The notes: generated from the sequence alone by a model not told the origin. 64,000 bases of DNA from Candidatus Latescibacterota bacterium (GCA_965217865.1 CBDCJO010000002.1:288001-352000), one strand, 5' to 3'. Counted from the stretch's first letter, positions 10,934 to 21,708 are shown. A program made the numbers and translations.

Positions 10934-12069
10934 TTCTGTTTCGTTCCGACGGGTATCGGACGGAAACGTCAAAGTCGATCGTTCGTCGTTAATTTCAGCA
11001 GGGGCTAGGAAGTGCCAGTTTTTGATCTTTTTTCATATCGCAAACGGCGGGCCGAGGGCGAAAGACCGGATGTATTCGTCTACGACACGCTTCCCCAGCC
11101 ACTCCGAGTGCAAATCGTCCGAATTATGCAAGATGCTATCGGCCGATTTCATGTCTATAATTCCCCGTTCGATGGCGCGATCGAGAACAATAAAGGCTGG
11201 CAAATTATCCACGATACGGTTGCCCGGGAGCATGGTGTATTCCGGTTAGCGGATGAAATAAAACTAGATGCTCGTTGCGCGTATTTTCTTCTCAACTGTG
11301 ATTCGGTGAAACGAGTGCTTGATCTTGTTGAATTCAGCTTTCGCTACGTCGATAAGATTGCCCGGATATTCAACGAACATGATCGCCAGAGAAAAGGGAT
11401 AGAGGTGACAGCAAGCGATGCAATTGCTGAGCTCAACGAGCGTTTCCGACGTGCTGGCGTGGGATATCAATTTGAGGAGGGAAAGATCTTTCGTGTCGAC
11501 TCAGAATTGATTCACTCCGAAGTGGTGCGGCCCGCGCTTCGACATCTCCACCAAAAGGGCTTTGAGGGGCCACGTGATGAATTCATCCGCGCGCACAAGC
11601 ATTACCGTGCTGGCGAAATGCAAGATGCAATCACGGATGCCAACAACGCGTTCGAAAGCACATTGAAGGCGATTTGCGATCAGAAAGGTTGGCGGTATCC
11701 AGAGGGTGCCCGTGCTTCGGATCTTCTCAAGCTAGTGCGCGCGAAGGATCTTTTGCCAGACTATCTGGACCGGTCGTTCGACCAGCTGATTGCTACACTT
11801 AAGTCGGGTCTTCCGGAAGTGAGGAACGAGGAGGGTGCTCATGGCCAAGGAGCAACACCGCGGAAGACACCCAATTATGTGGCGGCCTACGCGCTCCATT
11901 TGGCGGCCGCCAACATACTGTTTCTCGCTGAAGCGCATAAAGCGATGAAATAAATAAGGCATACCGTGATGTTTCGCTTCATCAGACGGCTGTTCGGGAA
12001 CGATGTCACCACGGCCGATAGCCGGGGCGGCGACGACACGGAGTTGGTCGTTCATCGATCGTCCCGCGC
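10934..12069 (+). repeat. Direct duplication, partner 29569-30720
   Basis: Near-identical; partner has 15-bp and 1-bp insertions. Confidence 0.95.
11012..11953 (+). CDS. STM4504/CBY_0614-like abortive-infection protein (AbiJ-type N-domain plus Abi_C/HEPN)
   Basis: FDLFSYRKRR...DVFVYD.LP..LRVQI; AFESTLKAIC; RNEEGAHGQG. Confidence 0.8.
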   Translation: MPVFDLFSYRKRRAEGERPDVFVYDTLPQPLRVQIVRIMQDAIGRFHVYNSPFDGAIENNKGWQIIHDTVAREHGVFRLADEIKLDARCAYFLLNCDSVKRVLDLVEFSFRYVDKIARIFNEHDRQRKGIEVTASDAIAELNERFRRAGVGYQFEEGKIFRVDSELIHSEVVRPALRHLHQKGFEGPRDEFIRAHKHYRAGEMQDAITDANNAFESTLKAICDQKGWRYPEGARASDLLKLVRAKDLLPDYLDRSFDQLIATLKSGLPEVRNEEGAHGQGATPRKTPNYVAAYALHLAAANILFLAEAHKAMK

Positions 12070-12412
12070 ACACAAGCCCTGCGTCAGCGACACCTATTTC
12101 GACACCATGTCCCGGATGCAGGCGGCCGTCTCGAACCGGGATTACGAGGGGGCCGCACGGCTTGTGTGCGAGTCTCAAGTGCTACTGCGAACGCGATCTG
12201 AATATCGTGATTTAAGAGAAGAAAGCCTGGATGGTACGAAGCTGGAATTTATCCCCAGGTCCAGTCAACTATCACGATTATTTGCACCCGGTTAACGAGG
12301 GTGTATTAGCATTAGGTCCGTCTTATAGGTTGACAGTCCACATCTTTATCGAGTTGCGCGAATTCTACAATTTCTAGAACTTGAACTCGACCGCCGTTTC
12401 GAAGGAAGGCAA

Positions 12413-13207
12413 ATGGTTAATAGAGATTTTACTTCCATAGCTGAGTCATACGACTCGTCAAGGAACATTCCGGATCACGTATTGAGCACCGCATTTGATC
12501 GACTCGTGGCCAACGACCTCCTACCCGACCGCGGTCGGGTCCTCGATATAGGCTGTGGAACGGGCCAACTGGCTCTTCCGTTGGCGAGGCGAGGGTACGA
12601 CGTAGTCGGAGTAGATATCTCCGAGGCCATGCTTCGAATCGCTACTGAAAAAGCAGACCCATCGTGGTCCCTTGACTTGCAGGTGGGCAAGGCTGAGTCA
12701 CTTGAGTTTCCCGACGCCTCTTTTGATGCGATCGTTATTTCCAAATTGCTCCAGCACGTGGGGGAATGGAAAGCTGCAATAACCGAAATGGTGCGAGTTG
12801 TACGCCCCGGTTCACATATTATCCACGTCAACGAGACCGGCGCTTTTCGACACTCAGTGCGGCGTCGCATGGAGCACCTGGCCGACGAAGCGAGCTACAC
12901 CCATAGATACGCCGGCACAATTGACCATAACGAGATAGCGGCAGCGTTCGAGGAGCTTGGTTGTATACGGCAAGAAATCAACTGGCCGGATCTCACCTGG
13001 AAATTCCAAATTAGTTTTGGTGCCGCGATCGAAGCATTTGGGTACCGCCAGTTCGCAGAATTCTGGTGTATTCCAAATGACCTATACGACGCGATGATGG
13101 AAAAACTGCGCGCCTGGGCGGAATCCCTTGAAGGCGGCTTCGAGACAACGGAAACTATGGCTCCATGTTTGAAGATCGTAGTCTTCACTGTCGCGAGCGA
13201 GCGATGA
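12413..13207 (+). CDS. Class I SAM-dependent methyltransferase
   Basis: VLDIGCGTG, VVGVDISEAML, FPDASFDAI, RVVRPG; GGAAGG RBS. Confidence 0.9.
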   Translation: MVNRDFTSIAESYDSSRNIPDHVLSTAFDRLVANDLLPDRGRVLDIGCGTGQLALPLARRGYDVVGVDISEAMLRIATEKADPSWSLDLQVGKAESLEFPDASFDAIVISKLLQHVGEWKAAITEMVRVVRPGSHIIHVNETGAFRHSVRRRMEHLADEASYTHRYAGTIDHNEIAAAFEELGCIRQEINWPDLTWKFQISFGAAIEAFGYRQFAEFWCIPNDLYDAMMEKLRAWAESLEGGFETTETMAPCLKIVVFTVASER

Positions 13208-13267
13208 TAATATCCACTAGCCCTGATCGCGCTTAGGAATCAGCACGCTCCCAGACCTTGGACCTAG

Positions 13268-13515
13268 GTGAAGGGTCCTCCATATGTTCGCTACGATTAC
13301 CAGATCTTCAATCTCATGAGGTTCTGTGAGGCAGTTGCACCTGACAAAGGCAATGTCAAAGTGGAGCTTGTAACAGCAGCGGATTCAGACTTTGAAACAA
13401 CTGAACTGTCCGCCAAGTTTGAAGAACTCCAAAATAACCTTATACAGGGTCGGGTCCTATTTACGTATAGCTTTGACAGTAATCTACACGACCGTTGGAT
13501 TGAGTCTAATACTGG
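13268..13515 (+). pseudogene. MIT_C (PLD-like) domain fragment as in BREX BrxL C-terminus
   Basis: PYVRYDYQIFNLMRFCE...VELVT...LHDRWIESNTG; cut by IS256. Confidence 0.65.
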
Positions 13516-14407
13516 ATGCGGGGTCTGCTCGGAGATGGGGCGCCGTTGTCTTCATCGTCGATTGCCCGACTCCGCGGCCAATGGGAAACCGACTACCAAA
13601 CCTGGCAGGAACGACGCCTGGATGATCGCGAGTTGGTCTACGCCTGGGTCGACGACATCTACGTCAAGGCCGGGCTCGAGAAGGATAAGGCGTGCCTGCT
13701 GATCGTCATCGGGGCCACGAGCGACGGCCGCAAAGAGGTTCTCGCCATGGTGCCCGGATACAGGGAGTTTACCGAGTCCTGGCTGGAGGTCCTCAGAGGC
13801 TTACGTGATCGTGGCTTGAGCCCCCCTGCTCTCGTCGTCGCCGACGGCAATATGGGAATCTGGTCCGCGGTCAATCAGGTCTGGCCACAGACCCGGCAGC
13901 AGCGGTGCTGGAACCACAAGGTCCTCAACGTGCTCAACCAGATCCATAAGCGCCAACAGGTCCAGGCTCGGGCGTTGCTCGTTCAGATCCCCTACGCCAA
14001 CACCCTTACAGATGCCGGGAAGCTCCGCAAGAAGTTCATCGCACGATACCAAAGCCAGTTCCCCAAGGCAGTTAAAGCCCTTGATCGAGACTGGGATCGA
14101 ATGCTCACCTTCTTCGACTTTCCGGCAAAACACTGGAGACACCTGAGAACCACCAATGTCGTCGAAAGCCCCTTTGCCTCCGTCCGCCTGAGAACCAACG
14201 CGGCCAAGCGATACAAAAAGATCGTTGCGGAAAGCGCCCTGATCTGGCGCACACTGATGGTCGCTGAAAAACGCTTCCGACGACTCAACGCACCCCATCT
14301 GCTAAAGGATGTCTACGCACAGCACCACCGCAAAAACAAGATCACTATCGACTCGGGGAAGAAGCTGGCCGCCTGACCTTTTTACACACCTCTTGACGAG
14401 AGCTCCC
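13516..14407 (+). mobile_element. IS256-family element, 5'-truncated (same element as 8815-9837)
   Basis: ~530 bp overlap near-identical to the first copy; LRTTNVVESPF; right IR CACACCTCTTGACGAGAGCTCC. Confidence 0.9.
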
Positions 14408-14537
14408 TTGGAACAAAATTCTCAGCTTAGCAAGAGACACACATTCATCAATCAGGACAGGACGATCTCGGTGAGGGACGTGAGATTGAAATCACTCAAC
14501 CCTTTTGGAGACAGAGATCGAATCTAAGAGGAATACC

Positions 14538-17129
14538 ATGGAGCAACCGAAGAACAAGAAAAAGCGTGAGGTTGAGAACTACATGCATACCGGCAAGGAG
14601 CGTCTAAACAACCCGCCCGTTGGCTTGGTCACGCCGGAGACGGACAAGGATGCGGGCAAGAAGACCTACGTTTATGATCCACACCTAGATCCGCAACTCG
14701 TCTGGGCCGGGAAGGCCGAGTACACCTCGTTCGATGTCCCCACCGTATCCCTGCATGTCCACGAGCGCATTGACCCGTGCGTCATCGTGCAGGTGGTGAG
14801 AAAGCGCAACGGAGCGGGGACGCAGATATCCATGTTCGCGGCTCCGGAAGAAAACCCGCCGATCCGCCAAGCCATTGAGTTCTACAAGCACAGGCACAAT
14901 TGGAAGAACCGCCTGATCGCGGGCGACAGCCTGCTGGTGATGAACAGCCTGCTTGAGAAGGAGGGCCTCGGTGGGCAGGTGCAGATGGTCTATATCGACC
15001 CACCCTACGGCATACGCTACGGCTCGAATTTCCAGCCCTTCGTCAATAAGCGCGACGTGACCGACGGCAGGGACGAGGACCTGACCCAGGAGCCGGAGAC
15101 GATCCGCGCCTTCCGCGATACATGGGAGCTCGGCATCCATTCCTACTTGGCCTATCTGCGGGATCGCTTGCTATTAGCGCGGGAGCTTCTTCACGAAAGT
15201 GGAAGCTGTTTCGTGCAGATCGGAGATGAAAACGTCCATCGTGTAGGCTTAGTGATGGACGATATATTCGGCGCGGAGAATCGGTTGGCGACCATCTCGT
15301 TCGCCACGACGAGTGGCAGTTCTACGTCTCACTTGCCACAGGTAGCAGATTATTTGCTGTGGTACGCCAAGGACAAAGATCAAGTGAAGTATAGGCAATT
15401 GTATGAACCGCTCACGCGGCGCGAGGTGATCGAGTCCTTCAGTTGGCACGTGATGATAGAATTACCCGACGGGCAATGCCGCAAGCCGACGCCCGAAGAA
15501 AGTTTCGACCCAGACAAGTATCTACCGAATGGCGCGCGCATCTACCGGCGTACAGGTCTGGATTCGCAAGGTGTTTCCATGACCGGCCGTTCAGAACCCT
15601 ATGAGTGGAACGGCCGCGTCTTTCGTTGCGGCAATGCTCGGCACTGGGCGATCTCCAGAGAAGGCATGGACCGACTCTCCGAACTGAACCGGTTGGAGGC
15701 GCTGGAGGGACAGGCCTCATTGATGTGGAAAAAATACGAGGACGAGGTGCCGGGTCGAAGAATTAACAACATTTGGCCGGCACAGATGTATCCGAGTGAC
15801 AAGCGCTATGTGGTCCAGACCTCCGCAAAGGCGATTCAGCGCTGTATCCTGATGACCACGGACCCAGGCGATCTGGTATTTGATCCCACTTGCGGGTCAG
15901 GCACCACGGCCCATGTCAGCGAGCAGTGGGGCCGAAGGTGGATCACTTGCGACACCTCCCGCGTGGCGACAGCCTTGGCCAAGCAACGCCTCATGACGGC
16001 GAATTTCGACTATTACGAACTGGCTCATCCGGATGAAGGGGTTGGGGCCGGTTTTCGTTACCACAGCGTCGCCACCGTATCGGCGAAGACACTCGGCTAC
16101 CGCGAGCCCCCCGCCGAAATCATGCTTTACGACCGTCCCAGGATCGACCGGGGCAAGGCTCGTGTCACCGGTCCTTTTACGGTCGAAGCGGTGCCCGCGC
16201 CTGCGGTTAAGCCTCTGGACGAAATTGAAGAGTCCGCAGCGCCCCCTGCGGACGCCTCCGTGTCGCGTGCGGGGCAAACCTTGCGTCAGGCTGATTGGCG
16301 GGACGAACTGTTCAAAACGGGCATCCGCGGCAAGGCCGGGCAGCGTATCTCATTCGCTCGTCTGGAGCCGTTGCCTGGAACCCGGTGGTTGCATGCCGAG
16401 GGCGAGACCCGCCCTGACGAATCCATGGCTGAGGCGTCCCGCGAACCCGCGCACGATCCCGAGCGCCTCGTGGCCTCTTTCGGGCCGGACCACGCGCCGA
16501 TGGAACAGCGGCAAGTGGCTCTCGCCATCGAGGAGGCACAAAGCCTCGTCCCCAAGCCGAAGGTCATCGTCTTTGCGGCTTTCCAGTTCGACCCCGAGGC
16601 GTCCAAGGACATCGACGAGACCAATTGGCCCGGCGTCACTTTGTTGAAGGCGCAGATGAACGCCGATTTGCTGACCGACGATCTCAAGAAGGAGCGCGCG
16701 AACAACGAGAGCTTCTGGCTGATCGGCCAGCCGGACGTGGAGGCCGAGCGAATCACGGAAGGTGGTGACAAAGGCAAGCTCCGCGTCTCGGTCCGGGGTT
16801 TTGACTATTACAACACCAAGACCGGCAACGTGGAATCGGGCGGTAGGGACAGGATAGCCATGTGGATGCTCGACACCGACTATGACGGGCGCAGCCTGTT
16901 TCCCCGCCAAGTGTTCTTTCCCATGGTCGGCGACAAGGATGGCTGGGCCAAGCTCGCACACAATCTCAAAGCTGAGATCGACACGGACCTGATCGAAGCC
17001 TATCGCGGCGTCGTCTCCCTGCCATTTGAGCTTGGCAAGCACGGACGAGCGGCGGTCAAGATCGTGGACGATCGCGGCATCGAGAGCCTGAAAGTGGTCG
17101 AGGTGGATGGCGCATGCGACAGGAGTTGA
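14538..17129 (+). CDS. mod: Type III R-M adenine methyltransferase (Mod subunit)
   Basis: NRLIAGDSLLVM, YIDPPYG, FDPTCGSGTT, AVKIVDDRGIESLKV; Res remnant downstream. Confidence 0.88.
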   Translation: MEQPKNKKKREVENYMHTGKERLNNPPVGLVTPETDKDAGKKTYVYDPHLDPQLVWAGKAEYTSFDVPTVSLHVHERIDPCVIVQVVRKRNGAGTQISMFAAPEENPPIRQAIEFYKHRHNWKNRLIAGDSLLVMNSLLEKEGLGGQVQMVYIDPPYGIRYGSNFQPFVNKRDVTDGRDEDLTQEPETIRAFRDTWELGIHSYLAYLRDRLLLARELLHESGSCFVQIGDENVHRVGLVMDDIFGAENRLATISFATTSGSSTSHLPQVADYLLWYAKDKDQVKYRQLYEPLTRREVIESFSWHVMIELPDGQCRKPTPEESFDPDKYLPNGARIYRRTGLDSQGVSMTGRSEPYEWNGRVFRCGNARHWAISREGMDRLSELNRLEALEGQASLMWKKYEDEVPGRRINNIWPAQMYPSDKRYVVQTSAKAIQRCILMTTDPGDLVFDPTCGSGTTAHVSEQWGRRWITCDTSRVATALAKQRLMTANFDYYELAHPDEGVGAGFRYHSVATVSAKTLGYREPPAEIMLYDRPRIDRGKARVTGPFTVEAVPAPAVKPLDEIEESAAPPADASVSRAGQTLRQADWRDELFKTGIRGKAGQRISFARLEPLPGTRWLHAEGETRPDESMAEASREPAHDPERLVASFGPDHAPMEQRQVALAIEEAQSLVPKPKVIVFAAFQFDPEASKDIDETNWPGVTLLKAQMNADLLTDDLKKERANNESFWLIGQPDVEAERITEGGDKGKLRVSVRGFDYYNTKTGNVESGGRDRIAMWMLDTDYDGRSLFPRQVFFPMVGDKDGWAKLAHNLKAEIDTDLIEAYRGVVSLPFELGKHGRAAVKIVDDRGIESLKVVEVDGACDRS

Positions 17130-17443
17130 GCCGGATGCTTGGCCGGGAGGTGGATCTGATCGAACCCAGCGCCATCGAACGGAACCGCAACTACATTCGC
17201 CGCGTCGCCTGCACCAGAACGCTATTCTCAAAGCCATCGAGATCATCGGCGAGGCCACGGCCCGTATCGGCTGGGACAGACAGATGCGCCCCGGTATTTC
17301 ATGGCCGAAATCATCGGAATGCGGAATCGTCTCGTACATGCCCATTTCGAGGTGGACCTGAAGCGTGTATGGAAGACCGCACAACAGAATATCCCCCGTC
17401 TCATCTCCCTCATCGAACGCTGGTACCGCCGGAGGCTGTATGA
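17114..17443 (+). pseudogene. Degraded MNT/HepT (DUF86) toxin-antitoxin pair
   Basis: LSRMLGREVDLI (MNT C-terminus); IEIIGEA and GMRNRLVHAHFEVD (RxxxxH) in different frames. Confidence 0.75.
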
Positions 17444-17735
17444 TGGACCGGACAACTATTGACCGCCTGTCTTCGACCTTATTCCTCTGTCAACCGGATT
17501 CGGCCGGGGGATCACGAAGCGACTGGTTGGGGCACGAACTCAGAGTTCGATAGCCATCGGTTTTTCTTCTGCCAACTGGGGGCCGCCGAGACGCTGATCT
17601 GGCTCGTCGAGGCGCCAGCGGCCGATAAAGTTGGCGTGGAGTTTCCGTCCGATGGCGGAGCGTTCCAGCGTTTATGCACGAAGATGGCGACCGGCTCGGT
17701 GAAGACCGTCGTCATGGCCATGTTCATCGCATGGC
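17440..17735 (+). pseudogene. res: Type III restriction subunit (Res) N-terminal remnant
   Basis: FFFCQLGAAETLIWL...RLCTKMATGSVKTVVMAMFIAW, degenerate Walker A; remainder absent. Confidence 0.75.
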
Positions 17736-18284
17736 GCACCTGGAAGGGCTGCTGGCAGGGTTGAAGTTGTTCCGGTAGAGTTCTCGATTCATTGCCTTGC
17801 CTCCAATGGCCCTGCCATGTCGGCCTGACCGGGCTTCGACGCGGGCCGAGACCGACGCCTTGCTGGCCCAGTCCGCCTCAGAAAGATTGACAGATCCGGA
17901 CGACATGCCCGATCCGCCCCACGGCGTCGGCTATGAGCCGGCTTGGCGCACTAGGCACTTTCCGGAAAACCCGACGCACCGGTGAGATCCTCTGTTTGCA
18001 CACTGGCGAACCGAGTCAGCGGCTGGGCGATAATGCCAGACACCGTCATCAGGAACACTGGGTAGTGTCTCAGTTTAAAAAGCTTAAAATATGTATATGG
18101 CGATCGTTGATCGCATCGCTCTAAGGAAGGAGTAAACATTTCGAAGGGCCGAATGGAGAGCGCCGGCAAGCCAGTGTAATAGGCTACGCCGTGACGGTGG
18201 CTCGTGTCGCCATCGGCGAAATCGAGGAAACAAGCTACAAGTAGACCGCTAAGGTCAAGAGTGGCAGGACCGGGGTGATGGCAG

Positions 18285-18390
18285 GACACGGCCTGGAAAA
18301 TGATGATGCAGATTCGCAAGGCAATGAAGGAGGCCGATCAACACGAACTTCTGACGGGCGTGATTGAGATAGACGAGCATCTTGTGGGCC
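18285..18390 (+). mobile_element. IS1595-family transposase fragment
   Basis: TAWKMMMQIRKAM...LTGVIEIDE. Confidence 0.6.
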
Positions 18391-18479
18391 TTATTGACTG
18401 TCTTAAGGCGATTCAGACGGACGCCCTTCAGCCCCCTGCTGATCACCAAAGCGAACACGTAAGATAACGTGAGAAAGCG

Positions 18480-20801
18480 ATGAACAACAAAACACGACTC
18501 CTCGGCCCGCTCTTGACCGATCCTGACAAGCTCAAGAGACAAGCCGCCAAGTGTCGGGATGTCTTTGGCCAAGTTTCCGTAGCAAAATCGGATGTAGAAG
18601 CCTATCTCAAAGATGGCTGGGAAGTCGACAAGGAGCTTAAGCACAAGACGCATCTCAAACGAAGACGTGCGGCTGACGAGTTGCTGGAGAATCGCGTCTG
18701 GCTGCTTCTGTTTCTCTTGGGCTACCATGAACTCAATGATGGACGCAAGTTTTCTATCCTTGTCGAGCGTAAAGGTGCAGATCCAATCCGAAAGCAAATC
18801 GACGTCTTCGCAAAGGACGAGGAAACGGTGATTGTGGCTGAATGCAAAGCATCAGAAAAGTTGAAATGTAGGAGCTTGCAGAAGGATATTAAGGAACTCG
18901 CAAACCTGAAGGGCCCTCTTGCGAATGCCATAAAGAAACACTACGGTTCTAGTTTCAAGCCGAAAATCATATGGCTCTTTGTGACTCAGAACATAATCTG
19001 GTCCAAGCTGGACAAAGAACGTGCTGCAGGGGAAAAAATCCGCACGATCACAGAGAAAGAGCTTCCCTACTACAGCCAAATCGCTAATCATCTGCGCATG
19101 GCTGCCCGGTTCCAGTTCTTGGCAGAGTTTCTGAAGGATCAGAAGATCCCAGAACTCGCGAATCGGAAAGTCCCAGCGATCCGCGGCAAGCTCGGCGGTC
19201 ATACCTTCCATTGTTTTGTCACAACGCCAAAGGAGTTATTAAAAATTTCTTTTATTAACCATCGGTCCCTGAATGACCCAGACGGCGCACCTACTTATCA
19301 GCGACTCGTCACCCGTTTCCGAATGAAACAGATCAAACTGTTCTTGCTCGACGGGGGATTCTTTCCAACGAACATCCTCATTAACTTCACGAGACAGGTC
19401 CGCTTCGAGACTGTTTCCAAAGATGACAAGGCAGACGTTGCGTACGGGTACCTCTACATGCCCGATCGATACAGATCTGCGTGGGTCATCGACGGACAGC
19501 ACCGCCTCTATGGATTCGCCCTACTCAATGAGAAGCATCTCAGCCAAAACATCGTCGTCATTGCTTTTCATAGACTGAGCAAGGAACATGAAGCGAATCT
19601 CTTTGTGACAATCAACCATGAACAGAAATCTGTTCCAAAGAGTTTGTTGGACGACTTGGAAGGTGAACTGAAATGGGACTCCGATGTCCCCTCAGAACGC
19701 GTGGGAGCGATCAGCGCCCGTTTGATTGGCGGCCTCAATGCAGATATAAACGGGCCCCTCTATGAACGCGTAACACAGCAAGGCATAATAGCAACCGAGA
19801 AAACCTGCCTCACGGTCCCCGCGCTCAAAGATGGATTGCGGCGGTCTGGGCTCGTCGGCAAGTCCATACTGAAACGTAAGGAATACGAGCCCGGGGCGTT
19901 GTGTGGAACAACAGATTCAGAAACTCTTGACCGGGCTAGAGCAGCGTTGAATCAGTATTTCTCCCTCATACGATCCAGTTCTCCGACGCAATGGGAAATG
20001 GGGACAAGCGGGTTCTTTTGCTCCAACGTCGCGCTCCAAGCATATCTGCAGCTCTTGGCTGCCCTCGTGGCTTACATGGAGACGAACAAAGGCCTGAACG
20101 CACAAGAGTTGACACCGGAAGAGATCCTCTCGAATGTAGAGGAGTACTTGGACCCAATCCTCAAATGGCTATCTGATGCAACGCCCGTTGACATAGAAAA
20201 AACATTTAAGGTCCAGTTTGGGTCTGGTGGTCCTCGAGAGTACTTCTTTAGATTGTGCCGAATCATCAAGGCGGAGTTTTCTGATTTCGAGCCAGAAGGC
20301 ATGGGCGCGTGGGAACAAGAACAGTCGACAGAGCGCATCGAAATGGCAGATCGAAAGTTGAAGGAACTCAACATCCTTGTACAAAAGTCTATATTTGGCC
20401 AGTTCAAGGCGAAATATGGCACCGAAAAAAACGCATATTGGGAGAAAGGGGTTACCGACAGGAAGATTAAAATGCGTGCATATGAGAAGTCCCAAGATGA
20501 CGACATGGAAAAACGACTTCCTCTTGAGAATTACCTCAACTTCATTGAGTATAAGAATATCGTGGACAATAAGACTCATTGGCGCCTTTTCAAGCCCGTC
20601 TTCGACATTCCGGAACCTGGAGAAAAGGGATACTCCAAGAACGTGCGCTGGATGGAGAGGGTCAACAAACTACGGAGGATTCAAGCGCATCCTACTGAAA
20701 GCCGACGTTATAGGCTTGATGACTTTGAGTATATCGACTATATATACGAGCAATTCACCACCAAGCGGCAGGAGGCCGTTTCCACCGGGGAATTGGAGTG
20801 A
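18480..20801 (+). CDS. DGQHR (DndB/ParB-like) protein with N-terminal PD-(D/E)xK nuclease-like and C-terminal HEPN-like domains
   Basis: QIDVFAKD..VIVAECK; YQRL, FFPTNILIN, VIDGQHRLYG, LFVTINHEQKSV; NKLRRIQAHP. Confidence 0.85.
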   Translation: MNNKTRLLGPLLTDPDKLKRQAAKCRDVFGQVSVAKSDVEAYLKDGWEVDKELKHKTHLKRRRAADELLENRVWLLLFLLGYHELNDGRKFSILVERKGADPIRKQIDVFAKDEETVIVAECKASEKLKCRSLQKDIKELANLKGPLANAIKKHYGSSFKPKIIWLFVTQNIIWSKLDKERAAGEKIRTITEKELPYYSQIANHLRMAARFQFLAEFLKDQKIPELANRKVPAIRGKLGGHTFHCFVTTPKELLKISFINHRSLNDPDGAPTYQRLVTRFRMKQIKLFLLDGGFFPTNILINFTRQVRFETVSKDDKADVAYGYLYMPDRYRSAWVIDGQHRLYGFALLNEKHLSQNIVVIAFHRLSKEHEANLFVTINHEQKSVPKSLLDDLEGELKWDSDVPSERVGAISARLIGGLNADINGPLYERVTQQGIIATEKTCLTVPALKDGLRRSGLVGKSILKRKEYEPGALCGTTDSETLDRARAALNQYFSLIRSSSPTQWEMGTSGFFCSNVALQAYLQLLAALVAYMETNKGLNAQELTPEEILSNVEEYLDPILKWLSDATPVDIEKTFKVQFGSGGPREYFFRLCRIIKAEFSDFEPEGMGAWEQEQSTERIEMADRKLKELNILVQKSIFGQFKAKYGTEKNAYWEKGVTDRKIKMRAYEKSQDDDMEKRLPLENYLNFIEYKNIVDNKTHWRLFKPVFDIPEPGEKGYSKNVRWMERVNKLRRIQAHPTESRRYRLDDFEYIDYIYEQFTTKRQEAVSTGELE

Positions 20802-21637
20802 ACACATTCTCAGAGACATCTGTTAAGCCGTTTCTAAAGTGGGCTGGCGGTAAAAGATGGTTTGTTGCCAATCACTCCCGTATCCTTACCGCGTCATATC
20901 GGCGGTACTTTGAGCCCTTCGTTGGGAGCGGAGCCGTCTTTTTCCACCTCCGACCGCTGAGAGCTGTATTGGCAGATAGCAATGCAGCGTTGATCAACAC
21001 CTATCAGGCTATCCGTAGCGACTGGCGAAGTGTCTGGAAGAAACTGCGCAACCATCAGAGACAACATTGTGTTGCCTATTATTACCACGTACGTAGTTCT
21101 CAACCGATATCGCCAGCGGGTATGGCTGCGCGTTTTATCTACTTGAATAGGACCTGTTTCAACGGGCTATACCGAGTCAATCGGAATGGTGAATTCAACG
21201 TTCCAAAGGGTACTAAGAAAACCGTCGTCTTTCCGGATGACAACTTCCGTGCTGTGGCTATGGCGTTGCGCAACTGCGAACTTCGTGTGGCAGATTTTGA
21301 GGAAGTACTCGACAGGGCACAGAACGGAGACTTCGTTTACATAGATCCACCGTACACGGTGCGCCATAACAACAATAATTTCTTGAGGTACAACGAGAGT
21401 ATCTTTCGTTGGGAGGATCAGGTCCGGCTGGCTAAAGCCATGTATAGAGCCAATCGACGTGGCGCACTGATAGTCATGAGTAATGCCAACGCCAGTTGCA
21501 TTCGAGAACTCTATCGCGAGTTTGGTGTCATGTTGGAAGTATCACGGTGCAGTGTACTGGCAGCGGATTCGACGAAGCGCAGGAATACTACAGAGTTGAT
21601 CGTGACAAACATGAAGGAAGTGGGAATTGAGAGATAG
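20798..21637 (+). CDS. dam: Dam-family (D12 class) N6-adenine DNA methyltransferase
   Basis: FLKWAGGK, FEPFVGSGAV, YLNRTCFNGLYRVN..GEFNVP, YIDPPY; GTGA overlap with DGQHR gene. Confidence 0.9.
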   Translation: MNTFSETSVKPFLKWAGGKRWFVANHSRILTASYRRYFEPFVGSGAVFFHLRPLRAVLADSNAALINTYQAIRSDWRSVWKKLRNHQRQHCVAYYYHVRSSQPISPAGMAARFIYLNRTCFNGLYRVNRNGEFNVPKGTKKTVVFPDDNFRAVAMALRNCELRVADFEEVLDRAQNGDFVYIDPPYTVRHNNNNFLRYNESIFRWEDQVRLAKAMYRANRRGALIVMSNANASCIRELYREFGVMLEVSRCSVLAADSTKRRNTTELIVTNMKEVGIER

Positions 21638-21708
21638 GATTTCGGGGAAAGAAGGAAAAAGCAAACCAACCAGTCCAACTGACCGTCAAGTGCCAGGCGG
21701 TCCCCCGT

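Noticed and set aside
12330-12370. TTGACA promoter before the SAM methyltransferase
   Set aside because: No -10 hexamer at 16-18 bp spacing.
13268-13515. BREX system
   Set aside because: Only an ~80-codon MIT_C-like piece; no pglX, pglZ or brxC.
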